A stretch of 34,593 bases of DNA, taken from positions 1-34,593 of IMG/VR virus record IMGVR_UViG_3300026299_000009; one strand, 5' to 3'. Position numbers and translations under genes: made by a program. This DNA is from a virus (lineage: Duplodnaviria; Caudoviricetes). Within the stretch, counting starts at the first letter, position 1. Each line of letters begins with the position of its first letter. The notes beneath the pieces were generated by a model. The model searched no databases. It was not told the DNA's origin and worked only from the letters and a program-made list of their open reading frames with translations. Below are positions 17,615 to 26,124 of the stretch, one piece after another.

Positions 17615-18060
17615 TGCAGCCGGAGCCCCTTCCGCTTGCACCAGTCCCTCAGCGCCTGGATCACATCATTGATCTGGCGCTGGTCGCGCAGGGCATCGAT
17701 GTCGATCGGCACCGATTGCCATTTTTCGCCGAACCGCCGCCGCACAAAGGCGTTCAGCCCGTCCCGGCCGGGGCTTTCCAGCGCCCCGGCATCCCCGAGC
17801 AACTTCCAGAGCACATGGACATAGCGGAGATCGGCGCGCGGGGCTGCGGCACGCCGCCCTTTTGCCGCCTTCCGGAAGCCTGCCCTGAAGCCGCGCTGTT
17901 TCAGGGCCTCGATCACCTTCCGCAGATCCGCATCGGTCATCGCCGACATGCTGGATTTCCCGGTCACGAGCAGTTGCAGATCATGCCGCGCATCCTCATC
18001 CAGTCGCAGTTGCCTGCAACCGGCGTGGATCATCCGCTGGAGGGTCAGGTTTCCGGCCAT
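17611..18060 (-). CDS. gemA: GemA / Mu gp16 regulatory protein (DUF1018)
   Basis: IHAGCRQLRLDED, TGKSS, LNAFVRR, VIQALRDW motifs. Confidence 0.9.
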   Translation of the reverse strand: MAGNLTLQRMIHAGCRQLRLDEDARHDLQLLVTGKSSMSAMTDADLRKVIEALKQRGFRAGFRKAAKGRRAAAPRADLRYVHVLWKLLGDAGALESPGRDGLNAFVRRRFGEKWQSVPIDIDALRDQRQINDVIQALRDWCKRKGLRLQ

Positions 18061-18061
18061 G

Positions 18062-18724
18062 TCAGGCGCTCGCCAGATCGATGGTCAGCGCCTTCCAGCG
18101 ATCCCGGCAGGAATCGCGGAACGAGAACCGGAGATATTCCTTCGAGCCGATCACATACATGGCCTCGCGGATGGCGCGCTGCCCTTCCTGCCAGCGGCTG
18201 TCATCGCTTTCGGTGCCCAGCAGGATAAAGATATTGGTGCGGTTGATCTGACCTTCCTTGTCGGTGTCGAAGGCATTGGTGACGATCGAGCGCATTTCGG
18301 CCCGGGTGCCCTCGGCCCATTCCCGCAGACATTCGTCAAACAGGGCCTTTGCAATCTGCATCCCGGCATCGAAGGCCAGCCGGTCCTGCACACGCACCTC
18401 GATCTTCCAGAGCCCGTCAAAGCTCGTATAGGTCCGGTTCCCCTTCTCGCCCCCGACGGTCACATTATATTCCTGCGCCATCAGCGCATCGAAGGCCCCG
18501 AGATTGGCCATCGTATGGGCGCGAAACCGGGTGATCTGTTCGGAGAGGGCAATCGCATAGCCGAATTCGCGGCGCACCATCTCGTCCCGCAGCTTCTTCA
18601 GCGCGGGGATATTCTCGACGGCGGTCAGATCGCCAGTGGCATTGTGCATGTAGCTTTGGTCCCCATGCCGGACGAGGCCAGTGGGCATGGGCGCAGGCTG
18701 AAACGCGGAGTGATGGGCGGTCAT
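18062..18724 (-). CDS. DUF3164 family protein
   Basis: GGEKGNRTYTSFDG, AFDTDKEGQIN, GSKEYLRF motifs. Confidence 0.9.
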   Translation of the reverse strand: MTAHHSAFQPAPMPTGLVRHGDQSYMHNATGDLTAVENIPALKKLRDEMVRREFGYAIALSEQITRFRAHTMANLGAFDALMAQEYNVTVGGEKGNRTYTSFDGLWKIEVRVQDRLAFDAGMQIAKALFDECLREWAEGTRAEMRSIVTNAFDTDKEGQINRTNIFILLGTESDDSRWQEGQRAIREAMYVIGSKEYLRFSFRDSCRDRWKALTIDLASA

Positions 18725-18789
18725 GTCAGTTCCTTTCGGGATCGGCGCCGGAGAACCGGCTGAAGAACAGGGGGATCGGTGTCAGCGGA

Positions 18790-19179
18790 TCATTCGGCCT
18801 CCTCATCCGGCGCCCCTTGCGTGCGGAGGTAGCGGGGGCAGCGATGACAGGCGCGATACATGCGGCCGCGCAGCGGATTGCCGATCACGAAAGACCGGGC
18901 CTTCTGCCGCCAGTCCTGACAGACCTGCAGCCCCATATCGCCGAGCGACGGGCAAAGAATGGTCTGATGCTGGAACACGCCGCGCACCCGTTCCTCGATC
19001 GCATCATATTCGGCCGGGTATTTCCGGTTCAGAACCTGGCTGACCACGGTCGCGCTGCGCCCGAGGGCGCGTGCCACCTTTGCCTGGCTGGATCTGGCGC
19101 AGGCCACGGCCAGCACCTCGACCCAGTCGGGAAGCGCGTCACCCCAGGCATCCCGGGCGGCTTGCAGGGGGCCGCTCAT
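18790..19179 (-). CDS. HTH protein with Cys-rich C-terminus
   Basis: SQAKVARALGRSATVVSQVL HTH; CPSLG..C..CHRCP. Confidence 0.82.
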   Translation of the reverse strand: MSGPLQAARDAWGDALPDWVEVLAVACARSSQAKVARALGRSATVVSQVLNRKYPAEYDAIEERVRGVFQHQTILCPSLGDMGLQVCQDWRQKARSFVIGNPLRGRMYRACHRCPRYLRTQGAPDEEAE

Positions 19180-19754
19180 TGCTCACCCCCCATCTGGCCA
19201 ATCCCCGCGACATAGGCATAGGCCGCATCGTTGGGATCCCAGACCGCCGCCACCCGCTTTTCGCGCGGTGCGCGCGGCCCGCTGTTGCGCACCAGCTGAT
19301 AGGTCGCCTCACGCTGGCCCGGAATGGCGGTGCGCAGCACGACCAGATAGCCCGCGCGCAACAGGGCCTGACAATAGCTGCTGGCTTCCCTGTCATCGAC
19401 CCGCAGATCCGCCCGGCAATGGGCAGCCAGATCGGTGGGCGAGAATTTCTTCAGCCCCCGCGCCCCGGTCCAGAGCTGGGCACAGACCTGCGACGTCCGA
19501 TCCTGCGGTTCGCGGTGTTCCGGCGCAACCTCGAAGAGCTTGCGGCTATGCCCCTGCCCGCCCTGACGATGCTGCACCCGCCCCTCCGCCTGCCAGCGGG
19601 AGACCAGATCCGTCGCCACCTTGTGCGAGACGGACATTTCGGAGGCGATCTCCGAATAGCCGAAGATTTCCAGCCGCCGCGCCACCTGCCATGCCTGGGC
19701 TTCGATCTTCGGAAGCTGTTTCGCCGTAGCAATCTTGAGAACCCTGACCGCCAT
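19176..19754 (-). CDS. conserved early protein with tandem winged-helix-like domains
   Basis: 192 aa; YCQALLRAGYL, YQLVRNSGPRAP, VWDPN typical of the gene after B in such phages. Confidence 0.8.
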   Translation of the reverse strand: MAVRVLKIATAKQLPKIEAQAWQVARRLEIFGYSEIASEMSVSHKVATDLVSRWQAEGRVQHRQGGQGHSRKLFEVAPEHREPQDRTSQVCAQLWTGARGLKKFSPTDLAAHCRADLRVDDREASSYCQALLRAGYLVVLRTAIPGQREATYQLVRNSGPRAPREKRVAAVWDPNDAAYAYVAGIGQMGGEQ

Positions 19755-19756
19755 GA

Positions 19757-20557
19757 TTACCCCCTGATTGCCCGCAGGGCCGCCTGCTGTTGCCGCGCCC
19801 GCTCCATCGCCTCGATCTGGCGGGGCACCGGCGCATCCCCGTTATGGAAGGGACGGTTTCCCCATTCCTTCAGGCCAACCCGCTGCAGGCCCTTGGTCAG
19901 CGCCAGCTGCTTGATTTCGGAAAGGTTGGAGCTGACGCGGCGCAGGGACCGCTTGGATCCGGCCAGCACCGCCACCGCCAGCGGCTCCTCGACCTCGATC
20001 CCCCGCGCATAGATCCGGGCCAGCTGCATGACATCGGCCAGCTCGGCCGGTTCGGCCGCCACCCATGTCAGCATCCGGCCGTGAACCCGCTCCCACCGTT
20101 GCAGCTTGGTCGGCAGATCCTCTTCGCCGATCAGGATGATCGGCACATTCGAAGCCTCGTAGAGCCCGCGCACTACCTCTACCATGTCATCGCGGATCAG
20201 CCGGTCGGCCTCGTCGATCAGCAGCGGCCGCTGGGTCCGGGTCAGGCCCTCGGCGACATGTTCGTAGATATCGGCGGCACTCGCACTCTTGCGCAGCATG
20301 AGGCCCAGCTGGTTTGCCACCCCGGTCAGGAGTTGCTTGGACCGCCAGAGCGGCTGGACCTCGACATGCAGGGCGCCGAATTCATTCTGGGTATAGATCG
20401 CGGCCGAGCTTTTGCCCCAGCCGCTCGGGCCATAGAAGGTCGCCATGCCGGGCAGGCCATCGTCACGCGTAAGCACGCGGTCCACCAGCCCCAGCAGGGC
20501 CGAAACATTGCGCAGCGGGGCGACGCTGGTGTCCATGTTGATGCTGTTGCTACTCAT
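19757..20557 (-). CDS. transposition ATPase B (MuB-like)
   Basis: Walker A GPSGWGKS, Walker B LLIDEAD; directly downstream of transposase. Confidence 0.93.
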   Translation of the reverse strand: MSSNSINMDTSVAPLRNVSALLGLVDRVLTRDDGLPGMATFYGPSGWGKSSAAIYTQNEFGALHVEVQPLWRSKQLLTGVANQLGLMLRKSASAADIYEHVAEGLTRTQRPLLIDEADRLIRDDMVEVVRGLYEASNVPIILIGEEDLPTKLQRWERVHGRMLTWVAAEPAELADVMQLARIYARGIEVEEPLAVAVLAGSKRSLRRVSSNLSEIKQLALTKGLQRVGLKEWGNRPFHNGDAPVPRQIEAMERARQQQAALRAIRG

Positions 20558-20566
20558 GTTCTCCTC

Positions 20567-22684
20567 TCAACCGAAGATTTCGTCGCCGTGATTGTCGTGA
20601 AGACGACGTTCGGTGCGGTATTCCGATGTGGTCTGATATCCGGCGAGCCAGCGGCGCTGATCACTGGTCAGCGTGGCGCCGGTTTCGGCCGCGCGCTCCA
20701 GCTCCAGCGCGCGGCGGAACCGTTCGCGGGCCGTCTCGGCCGCCTCGGGGACGGGCCGCAGCGGCAGGGTTGTCACCGAGGCCGGGGTGGTTTCGGCGGC
20801 AGGCGCATCCACAGGCCGCCCGCGCCGGGTTGCCTTGACCGGGGCGAGCCGCACCACCTTTGCCTCCGGCTTCGGCGGTTCGACGGGGCTGACCTCGTCC
20901 AGCATCCGGCCCAGTTCCCGCGCGGTAAACCGGCGGTGCGCCTTCGCGGCCTCCCGCTCTGCCTTCAGCCAGTCGCGCTTCGCACGGGCCAACAGCTTGG
21001 CTTCCTCGGTGTCGAAAAAACCGGCGCGATCAAAGGTCGGCGCATGACCCAGATAGATATTGTCATGGGTATAGACGTGCAGGCCCGACCAGAGATCGGC
21101 GGAATCGAAGCGGATCACCACCGCCTGCCCCGCGATCTCCGGCATCCAGTCGGCCCAGTATTTGTTGCCCATGAAGCTCAGCTGGCCATTGCGGCTGTTG
21201 GCCCGGATGCCCTTTGCCCCCATCAGCCAGAGCCGCCGCTGCGCCTCCGTCGCGCGTCGGATCGGCGCCTGGGCATAGCTCTCGTCGAAAACATCGACGA
21301 AGGACCGGCCATAGGCTACTTCGGAACGCCGCCCGACCCGGGTGTTATGCTCTTCGATGCCTTCGGCCAGAACCCGCAGGAACTCCTCCAGATCAATCGC
21401 GCGGCTGCCGTAATCCTCGGGCTTTGCATCGGGGCGGTTGCCCGTCCAGGCACCATCAAAGCGGGGATCCTTGGCGATATTGTCGCACATGTCGCGGAAC
21501 GCCCGCTCGATCGGCTTTGACTGCCCACTATAAGGAGTGGCCCAGTGGATCTGGCAGCCAAGCGCGGTGAAGAGCCCGGGGACATCCTCATCCGTCATGC
21601 TGAAGCGATAGCGGTTCGGGGTGCCGCCGCTGATCGCCTTGGCGGCAAATTCGCGGCCGTTGTCCAGAAGCACATGTTCGGGGATGCCCCAGTCCTCGAT
21701 CATCTCCCCCGCTGCCAGCAGCACCGTATTGCTGTTGGCGGTCTGATCCACCCGCCACGAGAGGATGCGGCCGGAATAGATGTCCTGAAACGCCACCATC
21801 TGCGGCCGCCCGACATAGGGCGGATCGCTCTGCCCGCGCTCGACCGGCCAGCGCACGAAGACGTCGAACTTGTGATAATCGCCGTTCACCGCCTCCAGCG
21901 CCTGCAGGCAGGTCTTGTCCCTGACCTGCGTCGGATACATCCGTTTCACGGCATCCAGCCCCTCGCGGCACAGCGTCTGGGTCACCCTGCTGATCGTCGC
22001 ATTCAGATGACGACGCATCCGCCATTCCGGCAGCACCTCGAAGCCCCGCTTCTTCGCCACCCGCAGCTGGCGCCGGTAGCAGCTTGAAAAGCTCGGCCCC
22101 GAGGACCGCAGGAAATCGCTCTTGATCAGTTCGAAGAAATCCGGCGCAACCTCCGATCTTGCCCCCCGGGGGGAGGTTTCGACGCGGTGCCGATCCGCGA
22201 GATAGGGCAGACGGTCATCGGGCCGCACGCCTTCGACCAGCGAGAGCCAGCCCCAGATCGTGCGCACGCCCTTGCCTTCGGCCGCCGCGACCTGCCGGAT
22301 CGCCTGATCCCGGCCAAGCACCGGCTCCAGCGCCTCGACCGCCTGGATCACCAGAAGTTTCGCACGCGCCTTGCCCTGCACCGCCTCGGGCAGCCGTTCG
22401 AACCATGCCCATGCGGTATCGCGCTCCGGGCGCTCGGCCCCTGCCCTGCCCTCTGGCGCAACCTCGGCCAGCAGGCGCCGTTGCGCCCGCGCGGGCAGCA
22501 ACCGCCAGCAATATTCCCAGCCCCCGCCACGACCTGAGCGACGGCGGGCGTGATGCGGATGCGCGCGCCAGTGCTGGCGCTCGGCCATGGCATCGACACC
22601 CTGCCGCGTGTCCGGAACATCCGGCAGGCCGCTGGCCGCCAGTTCCGTTGTGGTCCACCATTCCTGTTTCGGGGTCAGCGTCAT
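20567..22684 (-). CDS. DDE transposase A (MuA-like)
   Basis: N-terminal Mu HTH (EWWTTTELAASGLP, GRGGGWEY), catalytic NGDYH / LDNGREF / SKPIERAF, Mu C-terminal domain. Confidence 0.96.
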   Translation of the reverse strand: MTLTPKQEWWTTTELAASGLPDVPDTRQGVDAMAERQHWRAHPHHARRRSGRGGGWEYCWRLLPARAQRRLLAEVAPEGRAGAERPERDTAWAWFERLPEAVQGKARAKLLVIQAVEALEPVLGRDQAIRQVAAAEGKGVRTIWGWLSLVEGVRPDDRLPYLADRHRVETSPRGARSEVAPDFFELIKSDFLRSSGPSFSSCYRRQLRVAKKRGFEVLPEWRMRRHLNATISRVTQTLCREGLDAVKRMYPTQVRDKTCLQALEAVNGDYHKFDVFVRWPVERGQSDPPYVGRPQMVAFQDIYSGRILSWRVDQTANSNTVLLAAGEMIEDWGIPEHVLLDNGREFAAKAISGGTPNRYRFSMTDEDVPGLFTALGCQIHWATPYSGQSKPIERAFRDMCDNIAKDPRFDGAWTGNRPDAKPEDYGSRAIDLEEFLRVLAEGIEEHNTRVGRRSEVAYGRSFVDVFDESYAQAPIRRATEAQRRLWLMGAKGIRANSRNGQLSFMGNKYWADWMPEIAGQAVVIRFDSADLWSGLHVYTHDNIYLGHAPTFDRAGFFDTEEAKLLARAKRDWLKAEREAAKAHRRFTARELGRMLDEVSPVEPPKPEAKVVRLAPVKATRRGRPVDAPAAETTPASVTTLPLRPVPEAAETARERFRRALELERAAETGATLTSDQRRWLAGYQTTSEYRTERRLHDNHGDEIFG

Positions 22685-23583
22685 GCCTGCCCCTCCCGAC
22701 CGCGCGCCCGGAACGGCACGATCTCCGCCGCCTCGCCCCCGTCGCCGGGGCTGGTCTGCGCGGTCATCAGGGGCGAAAGGTCGGCAAAGACATCCTCGAC
22801 AAACCGGCGCCGCGCCGCGAGCCGTGCGCGCGACCAGGCGTTCAGAAGCGCCTTGAATTCTTCGTCAACGGGGTCTTTTACGATGGGCTGAAGACCGGAT
22901 CTGAGGCTGCGCATGGCCTCGGCTGCCGATTTCGCGGCCCCTTCGGACAGCAGGCGCACCACATCATAGCGATCCGTCGGCTGGCTGATCTTCGCGATCT
23001 CGGTCAGGTCTTTCAGGCTGACCTGACGCGGGGCCGCGCGCAGACTGGCCACTTCGTCGGGGCCAAGTCGGGAACCGGCGGCGACGATCTTCTGCACCTG
23101 ACGCATGGTCATGTTGAACTTTTCGGCGGTCGCGGCAGCAAACGAACTAAGTTCGCTTGCTAAACCCTGACGCGCCAAACCACCGGCCACACCCTGCCTG
23201 GTTTCCGGGTGCAGCCGCTCGTAGACCGCCTTGCGGGTGGCCAGAAACACCGCCGTATCAAGGGCGTTCATTTCGGCACCGGCAAGGTTGTCGTCAATCT
23301 CGATCAGCCGCGCCCAGTCGTCGGTCACGTCCGTCCAGATCTTCGCCTCGATCTCGTCCCAGCCCAGACGCCGGGCGGCTTCGGTGCGATGGGCGCCTGC
23401 CAGCAGGTGCAGGCTGCCATCCTTCTTCTTGCGCAGATGAATGGCGTCCTTCATCACCCCGGTCTCGCTGATCGAGGCGATCAGGCTGTCAACGCCCGCT
23501 GCGCTGACCGGGCGCAGGCGGGAACCGATCACGATATCGGCGATCCGCACCCGGTTCTGCTGCATCAAGGTCGGTGGTTTCAC
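22681..23583 (-). CDS. ParB N-terminal domain protein
   Basis: RLRPV, LLAGAHRTEA, EIDDNL motifs plus central HTH; stop overlaps transposase start. Confidence 0.88.
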   Translation of the reverse strand: MKPPTLMQQNRVRIADIVIGSRLRPVSAAGVDSLIASISETGVMKDAIHLRKKKDGSLHLLAGAHRTEAARRLGWDEIEAKIWTDVTDDWARLIEIDDNLAGAEMNALDTAVFLATRKAVYERLHPETRQGVAGGLARQGLASELSSFAAATAEKFNMTMRQVQKIVAAGSRLGPDEVASLRAAPRQVSLKDLTEIAKISQPTDRYDVVRLLSEGAAKSAAEAMRSLRSGLQPIVKDPVDEEFKALLNAWSRARLAARRRFVEDVFADLSPLMTAQTSPGDGGEAAEIVPFRARGREGQA

Positions 23584-23607
23584 GGTTTGGCCCCTTGGTC
23601 TTCGCCG

Positions 23608-23931
23608 TCACGACGCCGCGCGACGGATCTTCGCTATCGAATTGGTCGGAATGCTCAGCGAGGCGGCATCGCCCCGGCTGCGGCAATGCGCGCACAGCCG
23701 GTTGTGGATGCCTTCGCTGTCGAAGTTTCGCCCGCAGCACATGCAGGGGCGCGGCCCGCGTTTGGCATGTCGGTCGGCCTCGGCCTGCATCGCCTGGGCG
23801 GCCTCCACGGCGGCCCGGCGGCTTTCGAACGGCGGCCCGACAAGCTTGCCTTCGGGGCTGATCACCCGGAACCGGCCGCCGATCCGCTCGACGTGGAACC
23901 GCTGTTCGGGGGCGCTGAAGGTGCCAAGCAT
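23608..23931 (-). CDS. hypothetical protein with zinc-ribbon motif
   Basis: RPCMCCGRNFDSEGIHNRLCAHC; GAGG SD. Confidence 0.8.
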   Translation of the reverse strand: MLGTFSAPEQRFHVERIGGRFRVISPEGKLVGPPFESRRAAVEAAQAMQAEADRHAKRGPRPCMCCGRNFDSEGIHNRLCAHCRSRGDAASLSIPTNSIAKIRRAAS

Positions 23932-23935
23932 GGCC

Positions 23936-24166
23936 TCAGCCCCCGTAGCTGGCGGTCAGGAAACCGGCCAGCTCGTCCATCAGCCCGCATTCCTCGGCCG
24001 CCGCGACATGAACCAGCAGGCGGGCAGCAGCCTCGTCATAGACCAGCGCCGCATCCTGCGCGTCGCCCGTCTCACCCGCGAGTTCGGCCCGCGCCATATT
24101 CGCGGCCTCGTCGCGGATCGCCTCCAGCAAGGCACATTTCGACAGGGGTTCGATGTGATCCTTCAC
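23936..24166 (-). CDS. hypothetical early protein
   Basis: 76 aa, GTG start with GGAGG SD overlapping upstream stop. Confidence 0.7.
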   Translation of the reverse strand: MKDHIEPLSKCALLEAIRDEAANMARAELAGETGDAQDAALVYDEAAARLLVHVAAAEECGLMDELAGFLTASYGG

Positions 24167-24492
24167 GGGGTTCCTCCGAAAATGATGATGAACATGGGCA
24201 GCAGGACCGGCGTGCAGACCACCAGCGCCACCAGCGAGGCGATGCCGAGCAGGTCACCGATCCAGCAATCGTTGATGCGCTCGTCCAGCGCGCGCAGGCG
24301 CCGCCAGAGCGACAGGCGCGGCAGATCAGGCTCGATATCCGCAAACCGTTGTGGATGTTTCTTGGTGTCGGGTTCCGCATGCTGACGGTGACGAGGGGTC
24401 CATCCCAAACCCCCCGCCACCTGAGCCCCTGTGCTCACCAACAACACAAGGACTGTTCGCATGACGACCCGAACTCCGGTGGCCGCATTCAT
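24163..24492 (-). CDS. hypothetical membrane protein
   Basis: GGAGGGG SD, hydrophobic N- and C-terminal segments. Confidence 0.6.
   Translation of the reverse strand: MNAATGVRVVMRTVLVLLVSTGAQVAGGLGWTPRHRQHAEPDTKKHPQRFADIEPDLPRLSLWRRLRALDERINDCWIGDLLGIASLVALVVCTPVLLPMFIIIFGGTP
24337..24383 (+). promoter_or_regulatory. third copy of late-activator site, reverse orientation
   Basis: ATCCGCA-AACCGT-TGTGGATGTTT (one mismatch to the 16908 copy over this stretch), CATGCT at 24378-24383. Confidence 0.65.
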
Positions 24493-24735
24493 CGCCACCC
24501 CTCCCGGAACACGAACGGATTTTCAGCGCGGCACACCCCGATCCTGCCGGACTGCCTTACCAGCCGGATCGGGGCGGCCTTCGCCGCGGCAGGGGCCAAC
24601 CGACCCCGGCGAAACCCAAGGGTGCCTGCGCTGTCGGACAGGCGGCACATCAAATTCTGGCGGTGCCGACGAGTGTAACCAGCACTCGCCGGCACCTTCA
24701 TCCAAGACCTCAAGGACAGATCAAGGACGATCCGA

Positions 24736-25158
24736 ATGAAACGCACACGGCGGCTCTCAGCCTCAGAAGCAATCGACTGCATTTGCAGACGCGAACTGGG
24801 CCTTCCACTCAAACGATGCAGCACAGGGAACGCAGACCTGACGGCAGTGCTCTCCGCACTGGAGGCCCTGCGCGATGCGACCACCAATCCTCTGGAAACA
24901 TCGGGTGACTGGATTGGAGAGAAGGAAGAAAACGATGTCGATGACACAATCGCCCGAATGGCCGAGACCGGATCGCTGGACCCCGCGCGGTTTCTCTCAT
25001 CAGAAAGCCGGATAGCTCTGCGTGCGGTGATCGACGTGGCAATGGTCGAATACACGGTCATTCCCGTTGGCCCCCACAAGCTGAGAGGCATTCCCGATAG
25101 ACTGCAAGGTTATGCCCTGGGATTAGCCGCAGTCGCGCGGCATGCTCTTCGGGGGTAA
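24736..25158 (+). CDS. hypothetical protein (140 aa), antisense to early operon
   Basis: AAGGA SD 8 nt upstream, protein-like composition; 3' end overlaps convergent ORF. Confidence 0.55.
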   Translation: MKRTRRLSASEAIDCICRRELGLPLKRCSTGNADLTAVLSALEALRDATTNPLETSGDWIGEKEENDVDDTIARMAETGSLDPARFLSSESRIALRAVIDVAMVEYTVIPVGPHKLRGIPDRLQGYALGLAAVARHALRG

Positions 25159-25345
25159 GCCCCGACTCTTCCGCGAACCGGGCCTCGCCCTTGAGGGCGA
25201 GTGCCACCCCCTCGGGGATGATCTTTTGCACCAGCTCGGACGACCCGCAGAGCCTGAACAAAAGCAGACGCAGGCAGCCCTCCTGATCGGCGGCAGACAT
25301 GCTCTGGAAATAGGGAGATGAAACGATGTCGATGAAGTGTTCCAT
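25058..25345 (-). CDS. hypothetical early protein (95 aa)
   Basis: TGATG coupling to upstream gene; MEHFIDIVSSPYFQ. Confidence 0.5.
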   Translation of the reverse strand: MEHFIDIVSSPYFQSMSAADQEGCLRLLLFRLCGSSELVQKIIPEGVALALKGEARFAEESGLTPEEHAARLRLIPGHNLAVYRECLSACGGQRE

Positions 25346-25773
25346 CACGCGGCATCTCTCTGATTGGCTTCGGTGGGGCGTGGAATGTCCGAGGGCCAAG
25401 GCAGAGGATCCGGCCAGATCGACGCAAAGTAGTTCAGCGCCAAGAAGTGGGTAGTGGAATGTGCGCCGACCACCTCGGAGCGGCGAAGACGGATCAGGCA
25501 CGCGATGACACTTGAAGTCACCGCGCCTCTGGATGACCTCCACTCATAGAGGGGACCCGAGTAGACCGGAGCATTCCTTTTGTTCAGGGCGCAGCCCGAA
25601 TAGCAGGTGTACAGCCTGTCTAGGCGGCGCAGGCCTTCAGCGTTGGCGACAGCATTGGTCATGCGCAATTTGCGCGTCGTATCAACTTGGGGGAGCGTTA
25701 ATATTGCGGCCCGCAGGTTCACAAACGCGACCTTCACAGCCGCAATTTCAGCTTGAATTTCGGGGCGAACCAT
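25345..25773 (-). CDS. hypothetical protein with Ner/Cro-like C-terminal motif
   Basis: TGATG coupling, GGAGG SD; C-terminal YFASIWPDPLPWPSDIPRP. Confidence 0.7.
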   Translation of the reverse strand: MVRPEIQAEIAAVKVAFVNLRAAILTLPQVDTTRKLRMTNAVANAEGLRRLDRLYTCYSGCALNKRNAPVYSGPLYEWRSSRGAVTSSVIACLIRLRRSEVVGAHSTTHFLALNYFASIWPDPLPWPSDIPRPTEANQRDAA

Positions 25774-26024
25774 CAGGCGACCCTCCGGTTCGGCCTAGGG
25801 CGCTCAATCCCCGTCGGCCATTCAAGGTCGGTCGGCCAGTGGTCAGAAAACCATTGGCAGACGTTCACCGCAGTCTTGAGAGTGCAACCTTTGCCCTCTG
25901 TTAGACGCTTGAAGAACTGCCCGTCACCCCGAACCAAGTAGGCAATACGCCAATGACTGAGGTTCAGGTGACGTGCGTAGGCATCAGCAAGAGTGATGAG
26001 GTGTTGGTACGGTGCGTTTGTCAT
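25773..26024 (-). CDS. Ner/Cro-like small DNA-binding protein
   Basis: 83 aa, divergent from repressor, first early gene, WFSDHWPTDLEWP motif. Confidence 0.85.
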   Translation of the reverse strand: MTNAPYQHLITLADAYARHLNLSHWRIAYLVRGDGQFFKRLTEGKGCTLKTAVNVCQWFSDHWPTDLEWPTGIERPRPNRRVA

Positions 26025-26030
26025 GCCCCG

Positions 26031-26059
26031 ATTAAGACGAAAAGCTCTTATACAGTCAA
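26031..26059 (-). promoter_or_regulatory. early promoter
   Basis: TTGACT-N17-CTTAAT, 6 nt before the ner ATG. Confidence 0.7.
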
Positions 26060-26102
26060 GATACTTCCGTCTTACCTCGCCGAATCAGATTTATTTATCT
26101 TG
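26033..26102. promoter_or_regulatory. three putative repressor operators, consensus YAAGA-N8-TCTTR
   Basis: 26033-26050, 26057-26074, 26085-26102 (last with imperfect left arm TCAGA). Confidence 0.7.
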
Positions 26103-26124
26103 CCGCGTGTGTTTACTTGCCGGG

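Noticed and set aside
56..23163. Many long + strand ORFs (e.g. 56-2161, 4614-6251, 13199-14713, 19790-21520)
   Set aside because: Antisense shadows of GC-rich minus-strand phage genes; Arg/Pro/Gly-biased with no motifs (7401-9008 is the exception and is kept)
24489..25091. 200-aa minus-strand ORF, and its 70-aa sub-ORF from 24701
   Set aside because: Ser/Arg-rich shadow of the + strand gene; sub-ORF coincides with hairpins and has no recognisable features
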